From assembly GCA_964596145.1 (NCBI GenBank), contig CAZQSR010000001.1, positions 2,023 to 66,022 of the forward strand: a stretch of DNA of 64,000 bases, written 5' to 3'. Shown here piece by piece: positions 34,358 to 43,255 of this stretch. The notes beneath the pieces are model-generated. The model made no database searches. It was not told the origin of the DNA and saw nothing but the letters and a program-made list of their open reading frames with translations. The translations under genes and the position numbers were made by a program. This stretch comes from an uncultured Ignavibacteriaceae bacterium (GTDB lineage: Bacteria; Bacteroidota; Ignavibacteria; Ignavibacteriales; Ignavibacteriaceae). Each line of letters begins with the position of its first letter. Within the stretch, counting starts at the first letter, position 1.

Positions 34358-35041
34358 CTAGATTCCATTATTTCTTAATACTTCAAGAATTTTTGGAATA
34401 ATGGGATTCCTTACACAATCCTCATCAGTAAATTCTATTGTTCCTACAAATGGAGAATCTTTAAACATCTCAATAATGGGATCCAAACAAGAATTTTGTT
34501 TTTTCTTTAAATCAATTTGTTCAGAATCCCCAAGTAAAATATACTTAGAATCATCCCCAATACGAGTCATCATTGTTTTAAAAGTATGCATATCAACATT
34601 TTGTAATTCATCAAAAATAACTATCGCATTGTCAATTGAAATACCACGAACAAATGCTAAAGGTAATACCTGAACCAATCCTTTATCAAGTAGAGCTTTA
34701 GCAGCTCCTTCTCCGCAGATCTTGTCAATATTCCAAGTAAATGACATCATGAATGGCTCCATTTTTTGATCAACTCCTCCTTTTATAAAACCAATTTCTT
34801 GATCTGGTAATGTAGTTACTGATTTAACAATAATAACTTTTTTATACACTTCCCCAAGCATAGAAAGAGCAGTTGCTAAACTTATATAAGTTTTACCACT
34901 TCCCGGAGTTCCTTTAGCTATGACAACTTCATTTCTTTTTATTAGTTTCACAAATTCTGCCTGCTTTTGATTTCTAGGTTGAAAATTCCTTACTAATGTA
35001 GACTGTTTTTCGGGTAGTCTTTCTTTTACTTTTTTTCCCAT
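34358..35041 (-). CDS. phoH: PhoH-like ATPase
   Basis: Walker A GTPGSGKTY. FVRGISIDNAIVIFDELQN matches the PhoH signature. Confidence 0.85.
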   Translation of the reverse strand: MGKKVKERLPEKQSTLVRNFQPRNQKQAEFVKLIKRNEVVIAKGTPGSGKTYISLATALSMLGEVYKKVIIVKSVTTLPDQEIGFIKGGVDQKMEPFMMSFTWNIDKICGEGAAKALLDKGLVQVLPLAFVRGISIDNAIVIFDELQNVDMHTFKTMMTRIGDDSKYILLGDSEQIDLKKKQNSCLDPIIEMFKDSPFVGTIEFTDEDCVRNPIIPKILEVLRNNGI

Positions 35042-35176
35042 ATTAATTATTAATTAGTTAATAAAAAAGCCCACTAGAGTTTCTAATGAGCTGTTGTATT
35101 TGGTTTCATGTGAGATTCTTGTATTGCTTAAAATATATTGTATTTTCTATTTGTCACATACCGCATACTAATTCTT

Positions 35177-35356
35177 TTACCATTTAGGTTGTAATTTTCC
35201 GTAGTTTTTAACTACATCACCCATTAATTCAGGTGCATATTCTTTTAATGTTTCTTTTATCAATTTCTTGGATGGATTTCCAAGTTGTAACTGAATTGCT
35301 CCGTATGTCCATCCATCTTTTCTTAATTCTATAATTCTTCTTTGTAAATCTGTCAT
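35177..35356 (-). CDS. small HTH protein (59 aa)
   Basis: ATG at 35354-35356 and TAA at 35177-35179. IIELRKDGWTYGAIQLQLG resembles the HTH in the adjacent HNH protein. Below the track cut-off. Confidence 0.45.
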   Translation of the reverse strand: MTDLQRRIIELRKDGWTYGAIQLQLGNPSKKLIKETLKEYAPELMGDVVKNYGKLQPKW

Positions 35357-35358
35357 AA

Positions 35359-36234
35359 TTATTTCTTTTCTACAATATATCCGAAATTCTCTAAAACTTC
35401 CTTACATAAATTTAAATATTCATCTAAATTCATAGATGATTTTGAAGCATTTGCAATTGGAGTAGTTATCCCCATATTTTCTAGTTCATTAGTGCCGCCA
35501 TTTGATACAGATTGAATGTGATCAAGACAATACGGATCTTTTGTTATATCAATAGGTCTGCCTGTTAAATAACATCTAGTTTGTAGTCCTCCTAAATGTT
35601 CTATCGCTTCTTTGTATGTATAATTTTTTTCTACTTTCATTTTGTTTCTATTTTTAAAGAATGATACTGATGCAGTTATTTTTCTGTCATGATTCTCTGT
35701 ATCCTGTTTACCTATACCAAATTCTCTAAGTTTAAAATTTGTCAATCTTTTTGATAATAAATATAAATAGGATTTTTCATTTTTTGATTTCTCTATTTTC
35801 TTCTTATGTGTAGTTTTAGTAGTTTTAGAACAATGGTAGGATACAGTAGATTTAGCACACCCTAAAATTATAGAAATATCTTTCATTGACTTTCCTAATC
35901 TTCTAAGCTCTATTATTTGTTTTCCTAATTCAGAAGTATTTTCATCAAGGTGCTCTAAATCTTTCAAATTACTTTCTAACTTTCTACAATTTGCTCCACA
36001 ATATCCATCATTTTCTACATGATATATTTTTCCACAAACTTTGCATATAAAATTCTTTGTTTCTTCAGGCTTAGATTTATTTTTTCTATCTAAAATTAGA
36101 TTTAACTTTTGACATTTAGTCCTGACAGTTCTTTCTGTCACATTATATATAAGTGCAATATCTTTATGCCAAAGTCCACTATTAAAATAGTTTTCTAATT
36201 CTTGTTTTGTTATTTGTTTTCATTCTTCTTTCAT
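35359..36234 (-). CDS. HNH endonuclease with N-terminal HTH/zinc-ribbon regions (291 aa under code 4)
   Basis: C-terminal CLDHIQSVSNGGTNELENMGITTPIANASK is an HNH motif. The only ATG start (36232-36234) requires reading TGA at 36220-36222 as sense. The track starts at an internal GTG. Confidence 0.7.
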
Positions 36235-36261
36235 TTACCTCCTACATTCACGTTTAGTTTG

Positions 36262-36334
36262 CTCCCTTGCCCCGACTCGAACAGAGACTTACGAATTTTG
36301 AAGATTCGCGTGCTAACCATTACACTACAAGGGA
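36262..36334 (-). tRNA. tRNA with anticodon UCA (reads UGA); Trp-like opal decoder
   Basis: Hand-folded cloverleaf, 73 nt. Acceptor UCCCUUG/CAAGGGA (7 bp). D arm GUGU-AAUGGUUA-GCAC. Anticodon arm CGAAU-CUUCAAA-AUUCG, with U33 and UCA at 34-36. Variable loop UAAGU. T arm CUCUG-UUCGAGU-CGGGG. Discriminator G73, no encoded CCA. Confidence 0.9.
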
Positions 36335-36369
36335 ATATTTCTCAGTACTTCCTAAAAAATCTTTCTTAA

Positions 36370-36588
36370 CTAATCTCTATGCTCAAAATTATATATATCA
36401 TCTAATACTGCTTGTAAATCTACTTTATCAATTGATCCACAGTAATATAATCCTCGGCCGTTTTCAGCACCATTGTATGCTTCAATCATCTCAGCATCAA
36501 ATTTAATTGTCCAATCTCCTTTTATCCAAGTGTTTGGAAGGGATGATGCTATAAATCCATTTTCAATCAACATTTTTTCCATAATCAT
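36370..36588 (-). CDS. hypothetical small protein (72 aa)
   Basis: Intact ORF ending in TAG. It is the first gene after the -7 box at 36608 and lies just upstream of the tRNA. Confidence 0.6.
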   Translation of the reverse strand: MIMEKMLIENGFIASSLPNTWIKGDWTIKFDAEMIEAYNGAENGRGLYYCGSIDKVDLQAVLDDIYNFEHRD

Positions 36589-36607
36589 TTTCGTTTTTAA
36601 TCATATG

Positions 36608-36615
36608 CAAAGATA
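36608..36615 (-). promoter_or_regulatory. -7 promoter box TATCTTTG (operon: 36588 gene, tRNA-UCA, HNH ...)
   Basis: Plus-strand CAAAGATA, about 20 nt upstream of the ATG at 36588. Confidence 0.5.
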
Positions 36616-36799
36616 ATACATTTTTTGGATAACAATTCCTTTATATATATAGATATTAAAATTTTATTTTTAGAAGTACTTCTATCAAAAATTTAGTTCA
36701 ATATTTCTAGTATATATTAAATATAAACGAGTTATATTATTTTTAAAAGTAAAAAATAAAAATATTTTAGATTATGCAATTTTATAGAAAACTTATATA

Positions 36800-36807
36800 T
36801 AACTTTG
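36800..36807 (+). promoter_or_regulatory. -7 promoter box TAACTTTG
   Basis: Matches TAnnTTTG, 36 nt upstream of the ATG at 36843, in a divergent AT-rich intergenic region. Confidence 0.45.
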
Positions 36808-36842
36808 CAGTTGTAAAAATTGTAAACTTTAACTTTTAAAAT

Positions 36843-37637
36843 ATGAAATATATACCAAAATTACAAAAATTTAGTAAGGGAGGAAAATTAGTTCCTAAAG
36901 CTCAAATAGGAAGAACTCTTACTTACAATTGGGCATCTCCACCTCCAAGAGTCACAACTCTAGAACAAAGAAAGAAAATGTATGAAAAAGTAAATCCCTC
37001 TCTCGGACAAAACTTTATATCAGCAATTCAATTAGGAAAAACTTATCTCGGTATATCAGATCGTGGAATTGCTCCAGTCAGGGATGAAGAATACTTTAAA
37101 AAATATTTAGGTCTTCCGTATGATGAAAAATTAGTTCCAAAATCTAAATATCGTCCTGTTATTGATACCTTAAATGTACAGTATACAGGAATTGATGATA
37201 GGACTAAACATTACATTCAACAAATGGTAGACACTAATTTAGTAAAGAATAGAATAAATGAATTGTATACACAAAGTGACAATACTACCAACGAAAAACA
37301 AGCTGCCAATTATAGAAGAACTGCTGCAAATTTTGAGCAACACTTAGGTACTTTGAGGAGTATGTATGCTAATCCCGGGAAATCCTATGTTATAAATGAA
37401 GGAAATTCCTTAACTAGAGAATTACTTCCAGAATCTAGAGGAATACAAACTTTTGATACCGGAGTTGGATTTTTAAAAGATTTTACAGTTACTAATATAG
37501 ATAAAGATTTAATTTCTGTAAAAGATGATTATAACTTTGTTACTCCAATTCAAAGATTTTTAGGAGGAACCCCTTATCCGATTTATGATCGAGTAAATAC
37601 TAAAATTAATTATTTAGAACGTTATAATAAAAAATAA
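36843..37637 (+). CDS. hypothetical protein (264 aa)
   Basis: Intact ORF ending in TAA. Confidence 0.65.
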   Translation: MKYIPKLQKFSKGGKLVPKAQIGRTLTYNWASPPPRVTTLEQRKKMYEKVNPSLGQNFISAIQLGKTYLGISDRGIAPVRDEEYFKKYLGLPYDEKLVPKSKYRPVIDTLNVQYTGIDDRTKHYIQQMVDTNLVKNRINELYTQSDNTTNEKQAANYRRTAANFEQHLGTLRSMYANPGKSYVINEGNSLTRELLPESRGIQTFDTGVGFLKDFTVTNIDKDLISVKDDYNFVTPIQRFLGGTPYPIYDRVNTKINYLERYNKK

Positions 37638-37681
37638 CAAAATTGTAATCTTTCTGTAATACCATTGTAATACGAAATAAT

Positions 37682-37689
37682 TATCTTTG
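37682..37689 (+). promoter_or_regulatory. -7 promoter box TATCTTTG
   Basis: 13 nt upstream of the ATG at 37702. Confidence 0.45.
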
Positions 37690-37701
37690 CAATAAAAAGA
37701 C

Positions 37702-37908
37702 ATGAAAAAAATTATTTTATTGTTTGTGGTTATTTTTAGCTTAGCGTTTACTCCTAAAGTTAATATTGAAGATTTAGATTTTGCAATCGAGTTATATTTA
37801 GAGCATGGAGATACAGTCACTCCTAAAATATTACAAGGAGATACAATTTACTACGAAAAATTAGGTACTGTTTATTTACTACGTATGGATATGAATTATT
37901 TACCTTGA
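37702..37908 (+). CDS. small secreted protein (68 aa)
   Basis: N-terminal signal-like MKKIILLFVVIFSLAF. Ends in TGA about 15 nt before a terminator. Confidence 0.6.
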   Translation: MKKIILLFVVIFSLAFTPKVNIEDLDFAIELYLEHGDTVTPKILQGDTIYYEKLGTVYLLRMDMNYLP

Positions 37909-37923
37909 GTTATAGGTAAAAAG

Positions 37924-37958
37924 AAAGCCGAACACTTTAATTAGTGCTCGGCTTTTTG
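37924..37958. terminator. bidirectional hairpin terminator between convergent genes
   Basis: AAAGCCGAACAC / GTGCTCGGCTTT stem with T-runs, between the 37908 (+) and 37964 (-) gene ends. Confidence 0.7.
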
Positions 37959-37963
37959 TTTTA

Positions 37964-38188
37964 TTATCTAGCTGTTGTACAAAATATCGGATTCAGATTC
38001 GGATTCGGATCATAAGTAGGGACTGGTCCATAGTACGGAATAGTTGGGTAGTACATAATTGGATTAGAGGTTATACTATACTCTTCCAAGTTTATGTTTA
38101 AGCTTATTAAGCTATCAAGAAATTCTGTTATATTTACTGTAGCATTAACAGTTATAGTTTTGTTTGTGGTGTCTATTGTAAAATTCAT
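37964..38188 (-). CDS. hypothetical small protein (74 aa)
   Basis: Intact ORF ending in TAA. Confidence 0.55.
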   Translation of the reverse strand: MNFTIDTTNKTITVNATVNITEFLDSLISLNINLEEYSITSNPIMYYPTIPYYGPVPTYDPNPNLNPIFCTTAR

Positions 38189-38189
38189 T

Positions 38190-39014
38190 CTAGTTAATAT
38201 TTAAAATCCATTGTGTATCAGTTAAAAACTTATATAATTCAAAATTCCATCTTGCATCGTGTATTGCAGAATGTTCATTAGTTTGTTGTGGGTAATCAGG
38301 ATGTTTTTCTACTCTATCAATTTTTCCTGATTTAATTATGCTGGGGTATGTATCATCAACTGGGATGAAGTTCATGTAATAATATCCGTCTTTATATTTA
38401 ACATCAAGCATTTGCTTTAAATCTATACAATACATTGGGAAATGTTTAGGTAAGTCGATCATTTTTCCGAATAACCAACAGAACGCAACCCAATCATAAT
38501 CTGCGTAGTATCCGTAAAATTGAGGCTTGTACCTTTCATTCATGGTAATTAAATTAGCCATTCTGTCATTATACTCTGCGTCAGAATTATCTAATGGTAA
38601 CCTAGTATTAAATCCACAATCCAAATCTTTTAGAGCTACAAACATTTTGATATCTTCGGCTATTTGTTTATTGGTTTTACCAAAATTATCAATTAACCGT
38701 TTCATTGTTTTATACGTAAACTCGTATTTATTTTTTGCATCACCGATAATAAATTGATCGTATATAGGTTTTAGAACATTCTCTCTAATCCAATAATCTT
38801 TATATGCACCAGGAATACCATCATTAACTTCCTTTTGTTTCCAATCATATCTATTCCAGGCTTCTTTTAAATTGAAGTCTTTACTAATTGCATAATATTC
38901 CCTTCCATCTTCACAAACAATACCTACACTGATCAGGTCAATTGTAGGTTTTGTTTCACCAAACATTTTTTTCTGAGTTCCTTCTAAAAACTCAGTATCT
39001 ATAAAGTAATTCAT
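38190..39014 (-). CDS. DEDDh-type 3'-5' exonuclease (DnaQ/RNase T-like)
   Basis: N-terminal FIDTEFLEG (Exo I) and C-terminal HSAIHDARW (Exo III H-x4-D). Confidence 0.6.
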   Translation of the reverse strand: MNYFIDTEFLEGTQKKMFGETKPTIDLISVGIVCEDGREYYAISKDFNLKEAWNRYDWKQKEVNDGIPGAYKDYWIRENVLKPIYDQFIIGDAKNKYEFTYKTMKRLIDNFGKTNKQIAEDIKMFVALKDLDCGFNTRLPLDNSDAEYNDRMANLITMNERYKPQFYGYYADYDWVAFCWLFGKMIDLPKHFPMYCIDLKQMLDVKYKDGYYYMNFIPVDDTYPSIIKSGKIDRVEKHPDYPQQTNEHSAIHDARWNFELYKFLTDTQWILNIN

Positions 39015-39024
39015 TTATTTTTCA

Positions 39025-39279
39025 TTAAACATTAAGTATTCTATTTTTAAGAGCTTCTTTATTAAGTAATCCAACAATTCGATCAATTTTTATATTGTCT
39101 TTGTAAATATCAAGCGTTGGAATATTTCTAATTCCTTCAGCAGCTGCTTCATCCTCATTTTCTTCTATATCTACTTTTATAAGTTCGAAGTTGAGTTCCT
39201 CTTTTAATTCTTCTAGAATTGGTGAGAGGGTACGGCACGGTACACATCAATCTGCGTAATAGTCTATGATTCTAATCAT
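39025..39279 (-). CDS. trx: thioredoxin (84 aa under code 4)
   Basis: ATG at 39277-39279 overlaps the upstream TAA. Sequence: MIRIIDYYAD-W-CVPCRTLSPILEEL...IPTLDIYKDN. The Trp of the W-C-x-P-C active site is the TGA at 39247-39249. The track misses this gene. Confidence 0.8.
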
Positions 39280-39590
39280 TAATTTAATTGGTAATTGTTA
39301 AGTTCTAATAAATTTGGTTTTTGTACAAATGATGTTCTAATAAGAAGATTTCTATAAAAATCATCATTAATCTCTTTTTCTATTTCTTCTATATTTGAAG
39401 AGTATATCTCAATTGGAATTTTTGCTTTAGAAGTAAACTTAGGCTCACTATTTACAGAGTAAGTATAAACAATTTCTATGTTCTCTTCATCATACCCTGT
39501 CGATTCTATAACTAGGGCCTCTCCTAAATCTTCTTGTTTTAGTATTATATTTAATTGACTAATGTAATATTTTATTTGATCGGAAAGCAT
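39279..39590 (-). CDS. hypothetical protein (103 aa)
   Basis: Intact ORF ending in TAA. Confidence 0.6.
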   Translation of the reverse strand: MLSDQIKYYISQLNIILKQEDLGEALVIESTGYDEENIEIVYTYSVNSEPKFTSKAKIPIEIYSSNIEEIEKEINDDFYRNLLIRTSFVQKPNLLELNNYQLN

Positions 39591-39796
39591 TATGATATTG
39601 TTAGAGTATTGTCAATAATTTTAATATTAACTGAATGTTCATGCTTTAATCTAAGTAATACTTTATGTATTAATTCTTTAGATTCTCCATGTTCATCTAT
39701 AATTTTTACAGGAGTTCCAAAATTTTGAAATAGCTCTTGAATATAAAAATCAATAAGTCTTGTAGTTGTTCCTGTTTTATGCATACCGTATTTCAA
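39590..39796 (-). CDS. hypothetical small protein
   Basis: Intact ORF. The track start is TTG; the first ATG lies 4 codons in. Confidence 0.55.
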   Translation of the reverse strand: MKYGMHKTGTTTRLIDFYIQELFQNFGTPVKIIDEHGESKELIHKVLLRLKHEHSVNIKIIDNTLTIS

Positions 39797-39846
39797 AAGG
39801 GTTGGAGTAATTTGGTTTATCTTTATAGTTTTGGTAAAAGTACCAG

Positions 39847-40044
39847 TTATCGTGGAAAGTTTTGAGGTATGGGTTCATCTTGCAATTTTTTAAGTGTTTT
39901 ATTCATTTTAGTTATGTGATGAGCTATTTCGTTTACTTCTTCCTCTGTAAGTTCTGTAGGTGAGAATTGGAGAGTTGATATTAATTCATCTCTTTGATGA
40001 GTAAGTTGAATTATTTTAAGTTGAGTTTGTTTGTCTAACGCCAT
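39847..40044 (-). CDS. hypothetical small protein (65 aa)
   Basis: Intact ORF ending in TAA. Confidence 0.55.
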   Translation of the reverse strand: MALDKQTQLKIIQLTHQRDELISTLQFSPTELTEEEVNEIAHHITKMNKTLKKLQDEPIPQNFPR

Positions 40045-40346
40045 ATATCAATTTCTTTTAAGTTTCCAAATGATAATATTTGGGTTCCAGTTATGTCTAC
40101 TACCCCTGTTTGAATTGGTTTACTAAATAATAAATTTCTTAATATACTTTGAGATGTTGTATTATCCAAGTCAACAAGCATTGCTTCTGGATTTTTAATT
40201 AAACACATTGTATGTTTGATTAGTATATTGTCATTATAAAAAATCTTCATTGAAAGTTCATGTGAATCTTTTTCTAGTTTGAATTTTAAATATGGAACTT
40301 TTAAAAGTTCATTTAATTGCTGTATAAGAATCTCTGTTTTAAGCAT
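40035..40346 (-). CDS. hypothetical protein (103 aa)
   Basis: Intact ORF ending in TAG. Confidence 0.6.
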   Translation of the reverse strand: MLKTEILIQQLNELLKVPYLKFKLEKDSHELSMKIFYNDNILIKHTMCLIKNPEAMLVDLDNTTSQSILRNLLFSKPIQTGVVDITGTQILSFGNLKEIDIWR

Positions 40347-40352
40347 TGTGTT

Positions 40353-41798
40353 TTAAAATTTAAATTTATAATATGTTTCTTTCATCTTTTTTCTTGTTTT
40401 TCTTGTTTTAGTAAATGGTGGAAAATAATCTTTAAGTGTTGTACCTGAAAATTCTATTCCTAATTTTAGAAAATCTTCTTTGAATAATTCCTCAAGTTCT
40501 AAGTAAGTGTATTCTCTATTTTCTAGTTTTTCTTCTATCCAACTTGTTTGTGGTTCTTCAGTAGCGCAAGTAAAACCATTCTGTTCAGCTTCACAGATAA
40601 CACTAATTGTGTTTTTATAAATTTCACTGATTAATTTGTAATTGTATTCATCCACTTTTCGAAGATTGTCATCATAAAAGATTTCATTCTTGATTTTGTT
40701 TAAGTACATTGAATACCAAGTTTCTTTATTGAATAGTTTCAATTCTGTTTGTCTAAATAAATCATCCGGGTCTTCTTTAAATTTCTGTTCTCGATATTTA
40801 CCCATCTTTATATTTTCTTCTACATTGGCTTTGAATATTGTTTCTGAAGTTCCAACGTATCGGTGTTTACTAGTGTTTAAAATTAGAGTTATTTCATTTT
40901 TAAATTTAGAATCTCGTAACCTGCCAGAAATTTGTCTTATTAAAGTTGAAATATCAAGTACAGTAGTTGAAATATTAGTATCACTAAGAATAATTGTTTT
41001 ACCTATTGGATCATATATATCACACCCTTCAAATGCTGTTGCTGTGTAAAAGTTATATTTACAAGGAGGGTCAAGAGTAGATCCTACTTTTAGAGTTTTG
41101 ATATTAGCTTTAGAAGATTCCGAGCAAACTATTTTATAATCTGTTATTCCTGACTTTGTAACAATATCTCTAATTGTTCGCACCGAATTTAAAAAGATGT
41201 GATAGTTATATTCTGTGGGTTCTATCAATATTTTCAAAAGGGCTTTACTAGTGAAAGCTGTGTCAATTATATTTAATTTTATAGGAATTGCTCTTGTCCA
41301 ATGTATAGATATTCTTGGAAGATGTTTAATTTCATCAAGTATTATATCATTATTTAAAGGTGTAGCAGTCATAAAACAGTATCCTAAGAATTTATTGTAG
41401 TTCTTTAATAAAAAAAGGATAGCGTCGTTTCGATACGCATAAGAATTAAATAATATATGATACTCATCAATAAGTAAAAAGTAATTAGTAAGGTCTAAAT
41501 TGATTATTTTGTTCAGTGCATCATAAGTAGCAATAATCTTTTTATGTGGAATGTTAGAAGCTAAGTATCGTTCTATATCTTTTTCTTTAACTTGTGCATA
41601 TACTATAAATCCATCTTTTGATTTATTTTTAACAAGCTCAACAGTCGGAACTAGTATGATTGAATTTCTTGGTGAATGTAATTCAACATATGTACCTCCG
41701 CATCCTGTAACTCCTTTATTTAGTAAAACTCCAGAAGGAAGTTCAGTCATTATTTCGGAGAGATATGTTTTATCTGTTTCTATTATTGTTTCGTTCAT
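40353..41798 (-). CDS. SF2 helicase-like protein (481 aa)
   Basis: GVTGCGGTY (degenerate motif I), LLIDEYH (DExH motif II) and MTATP (motif III). Confidence 0.55.
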   Translation of the reverse strand: MNETIIETDKTYLSEIMTELPSGVLLNKGVTGCGGTYVELHSPRNSIILVPTVELVKNKSKDGFIVYAQVKEKDIERYLASNIPHKKIIATYDALNKIINLDLTNYFLLIDEYHILFNSYAYRNDAILFLLKNYNKFLGYCFMTATPLNNDIILDEIKHLPRISIHWTRAIPIKLNIIDTAFTSKALLKILIEPTEYNYHIFLNSVRTIRDIVTKSGITDYKIVCSESSKANIKTLKVGSTLDPPCKYNFYTATAFEGCDIYDPIGKTIILSDTNISTTVLDISTLIRQISGRLRDSKFKNEITLILNTSKHRYVGTSETIFKANVEENIKMGKYREQKFKEDPDDLFRQTELKLFNKETWYSMYLNKIKNEIFYDDNLRKVDEYNYKLISEIYKNTISVICEAEQNGFTCATEEPQTSWIEEKLENREYTYLELEELFKEDFLKLGIEFSGTTLKDYFPPFTKTRKTRKKMKETYYKFKF

Positions 41799-41908
41799 AT
41801 GTTAAAATTGGGTATTTAATGATTAAAGTCAAAATCTACCGTGTCCGCTTGCGTATAGGAGTTGGTGTGTCCACCTTGACGCGGAGTAGGGCGTGGCCTT
41901 TTGAAATA

Positions 41909-41916
41909 CAAAGATA
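41909..41916 (-). promoter_or_regulatory. -7 promoter box TATCTTTG
   Basis: Plus-strand CAAAGATA, about 110 nt upstream of the helicase-like gene, leaving a G+C-rich leader. Confidence 0.45.
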
Positions 41917-41980
41917 ATAATTTTTTAATTGAGAAAAGTGTGAATGGGCATAGTTTGGAAAATTAGATTGGAATTAATTG

Positions 41981-42000
41981 ATTGCTTTAAAATTTTAAAT
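41981..42000 (+). repeat. 20-nt box ATTGCTTTAAAATTTTAAAT (copy 1 of 2)
   Basis: 19/20 identical to 45591-45610. Both copies sit at the left edge of a non-coding stretch. Confidence 0.8.
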
Positions 42001-42222
42001 TTTTTTTATTTTTTGGTGAAGGTTTTGAGTGAGAGGTGGCCCCCTGGGTTGAGAGTTTGGATTGATGGGAGATTTTAAGGTTGAGGAGAAAATTTTTAAA
42101 ATTTTTTGTGTTGAGGGAGGTCGTGGTCTGTTTCTTTATTTCCCCCTAGGCTTGTTGGCAGGGAAAAGCACTTTGTTTTAAAAATTTCCCTACAAATTGT
42201 TTAACATCAAAAAATTATTAGA

Positions 42223-42864
42223 ATGAGTAAAAATTCAAAACCGGCAACAGCACCGGTAACAATGGAAAAGATTACGGCCTCAACAGTGGAGGCTATCACA
42301 AAGTTAAGGACTGATATTTTTCAGTCTGCAAAAAAGGTCGCTAATAGTGCAACAAGTTTTATCGGTTTGCCAAAAAGCGGAACGTTCAGTACTATCGGAG
42401 TAATGATTTATACCAAAAATTCCCAGGGCGGAATTAATCCTGAAATACCAGCTTTTTTAATGGATAGTAGCCACGTTCCAAACAAAGATATTTATCTTTA
42501 CAGTTTGGGACTGACCACTGTTGAGGGCGGTTTTATTTCAGAAAGCGCACTAACAGCGCAAATGTTAAAACCTGAACTCACTACTATCAAAAGTGGAGAA
42601 AATTCTGGAAATTTCACCCTAAAATCTGAACGAGTTACTAATTGGGATAACGAAACTTTAGGCTATTCAGCAAACGAAAGGTTGAAAAATCTGGAGGGCA
42701 AAAGTTTTGAAACTGAACCCGTAACAGACGCACGAGTTTGGCAACAAAAGGTTTTGCAAAATTGGGCAAAACAAGCGGTTGTAACACAAAATACGCCTGA
42801 AAAGTTACAAACGTTATTGGATAAAACAGAGACTAAAAACTTATATAAGTTTAGTTTAGTTTAG
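42223..42864 (+). CDS. hypothetical protein (213 aa), in the G+C-richer island
   Basis: Intact ORF ending in TAG and followed by the hairpin AGAGCAATC/GATTGCTCT plus a T-run. Confidence 0.7.
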   Translation: MSKNSKPATAPVTMEKITASTVEAITKLRTDIFQSAKKVANSATSFIGLPKSGTFSTIGVMIYTKNSQGGINPEIPAFLMDSSHVPNKDIYLYSLGLTTVEGGFISESALTAQMLKPELTTIKSGENSGNFTLKSERVTNWDNETLGYSANERLKNLEGKSFETEPVTDARVWQQKVLQNWAKQAVVTQNTPEKLQTLLDKTETKNLYKFSLV

Positions 42865-42940
42865 TAACCACAAAAAAGAGCAATCATTTCGATTGCTCTT
42901 TTTTTTCTCTTTTCTTCAATAAGTATATCCACTAATCCAC

Positions 42941-43156
42941 ATGTCCACAACTCCAGATAACCCAGAAAGTATAATCACCCAAGTCGGTTACTACCAAACC
43001 GACAACAAATTCATCACTCTTGATGGAGAAATCATCTCCTGTATAACTTACAGACCAATTAATCAGGCTCTAACACCTGAGAAATTAGTTGCTGTAAATA
43101 TGAGATGGAGTGTTGAATTAAATCAATGGGTGATTTTTCAGTATGTAGAATTATAG
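42941..43156 (+). CDS. hypothetical small protein (71 aa)
   Basis: Intact ORF ending in TAG. Confidence 0.55.
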   Translation: MSTTPDNPESIITQVGYYQTDNKFITLDGEIISCITYRPINQALTPEKLVAVNMRWSVELNQWVIFQYVEL

Positions 43157-43255
43157 ACCTACTCGATTCATTATGACTCGTAGTTTATTTTCTTTTTATT
43201 GGGTGGAATATCCCCGTAATGAGTGAGTAGGTTTATTTTATTATTAGTATTGAAC

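Noticed and set aside
36267-36506. Plus-strand 79-aa ORF
   Set aside because: It overlaps the tRNA-UCA gene and the minus-strand gene 36370-36588, and it starts at a non-ATG codon.
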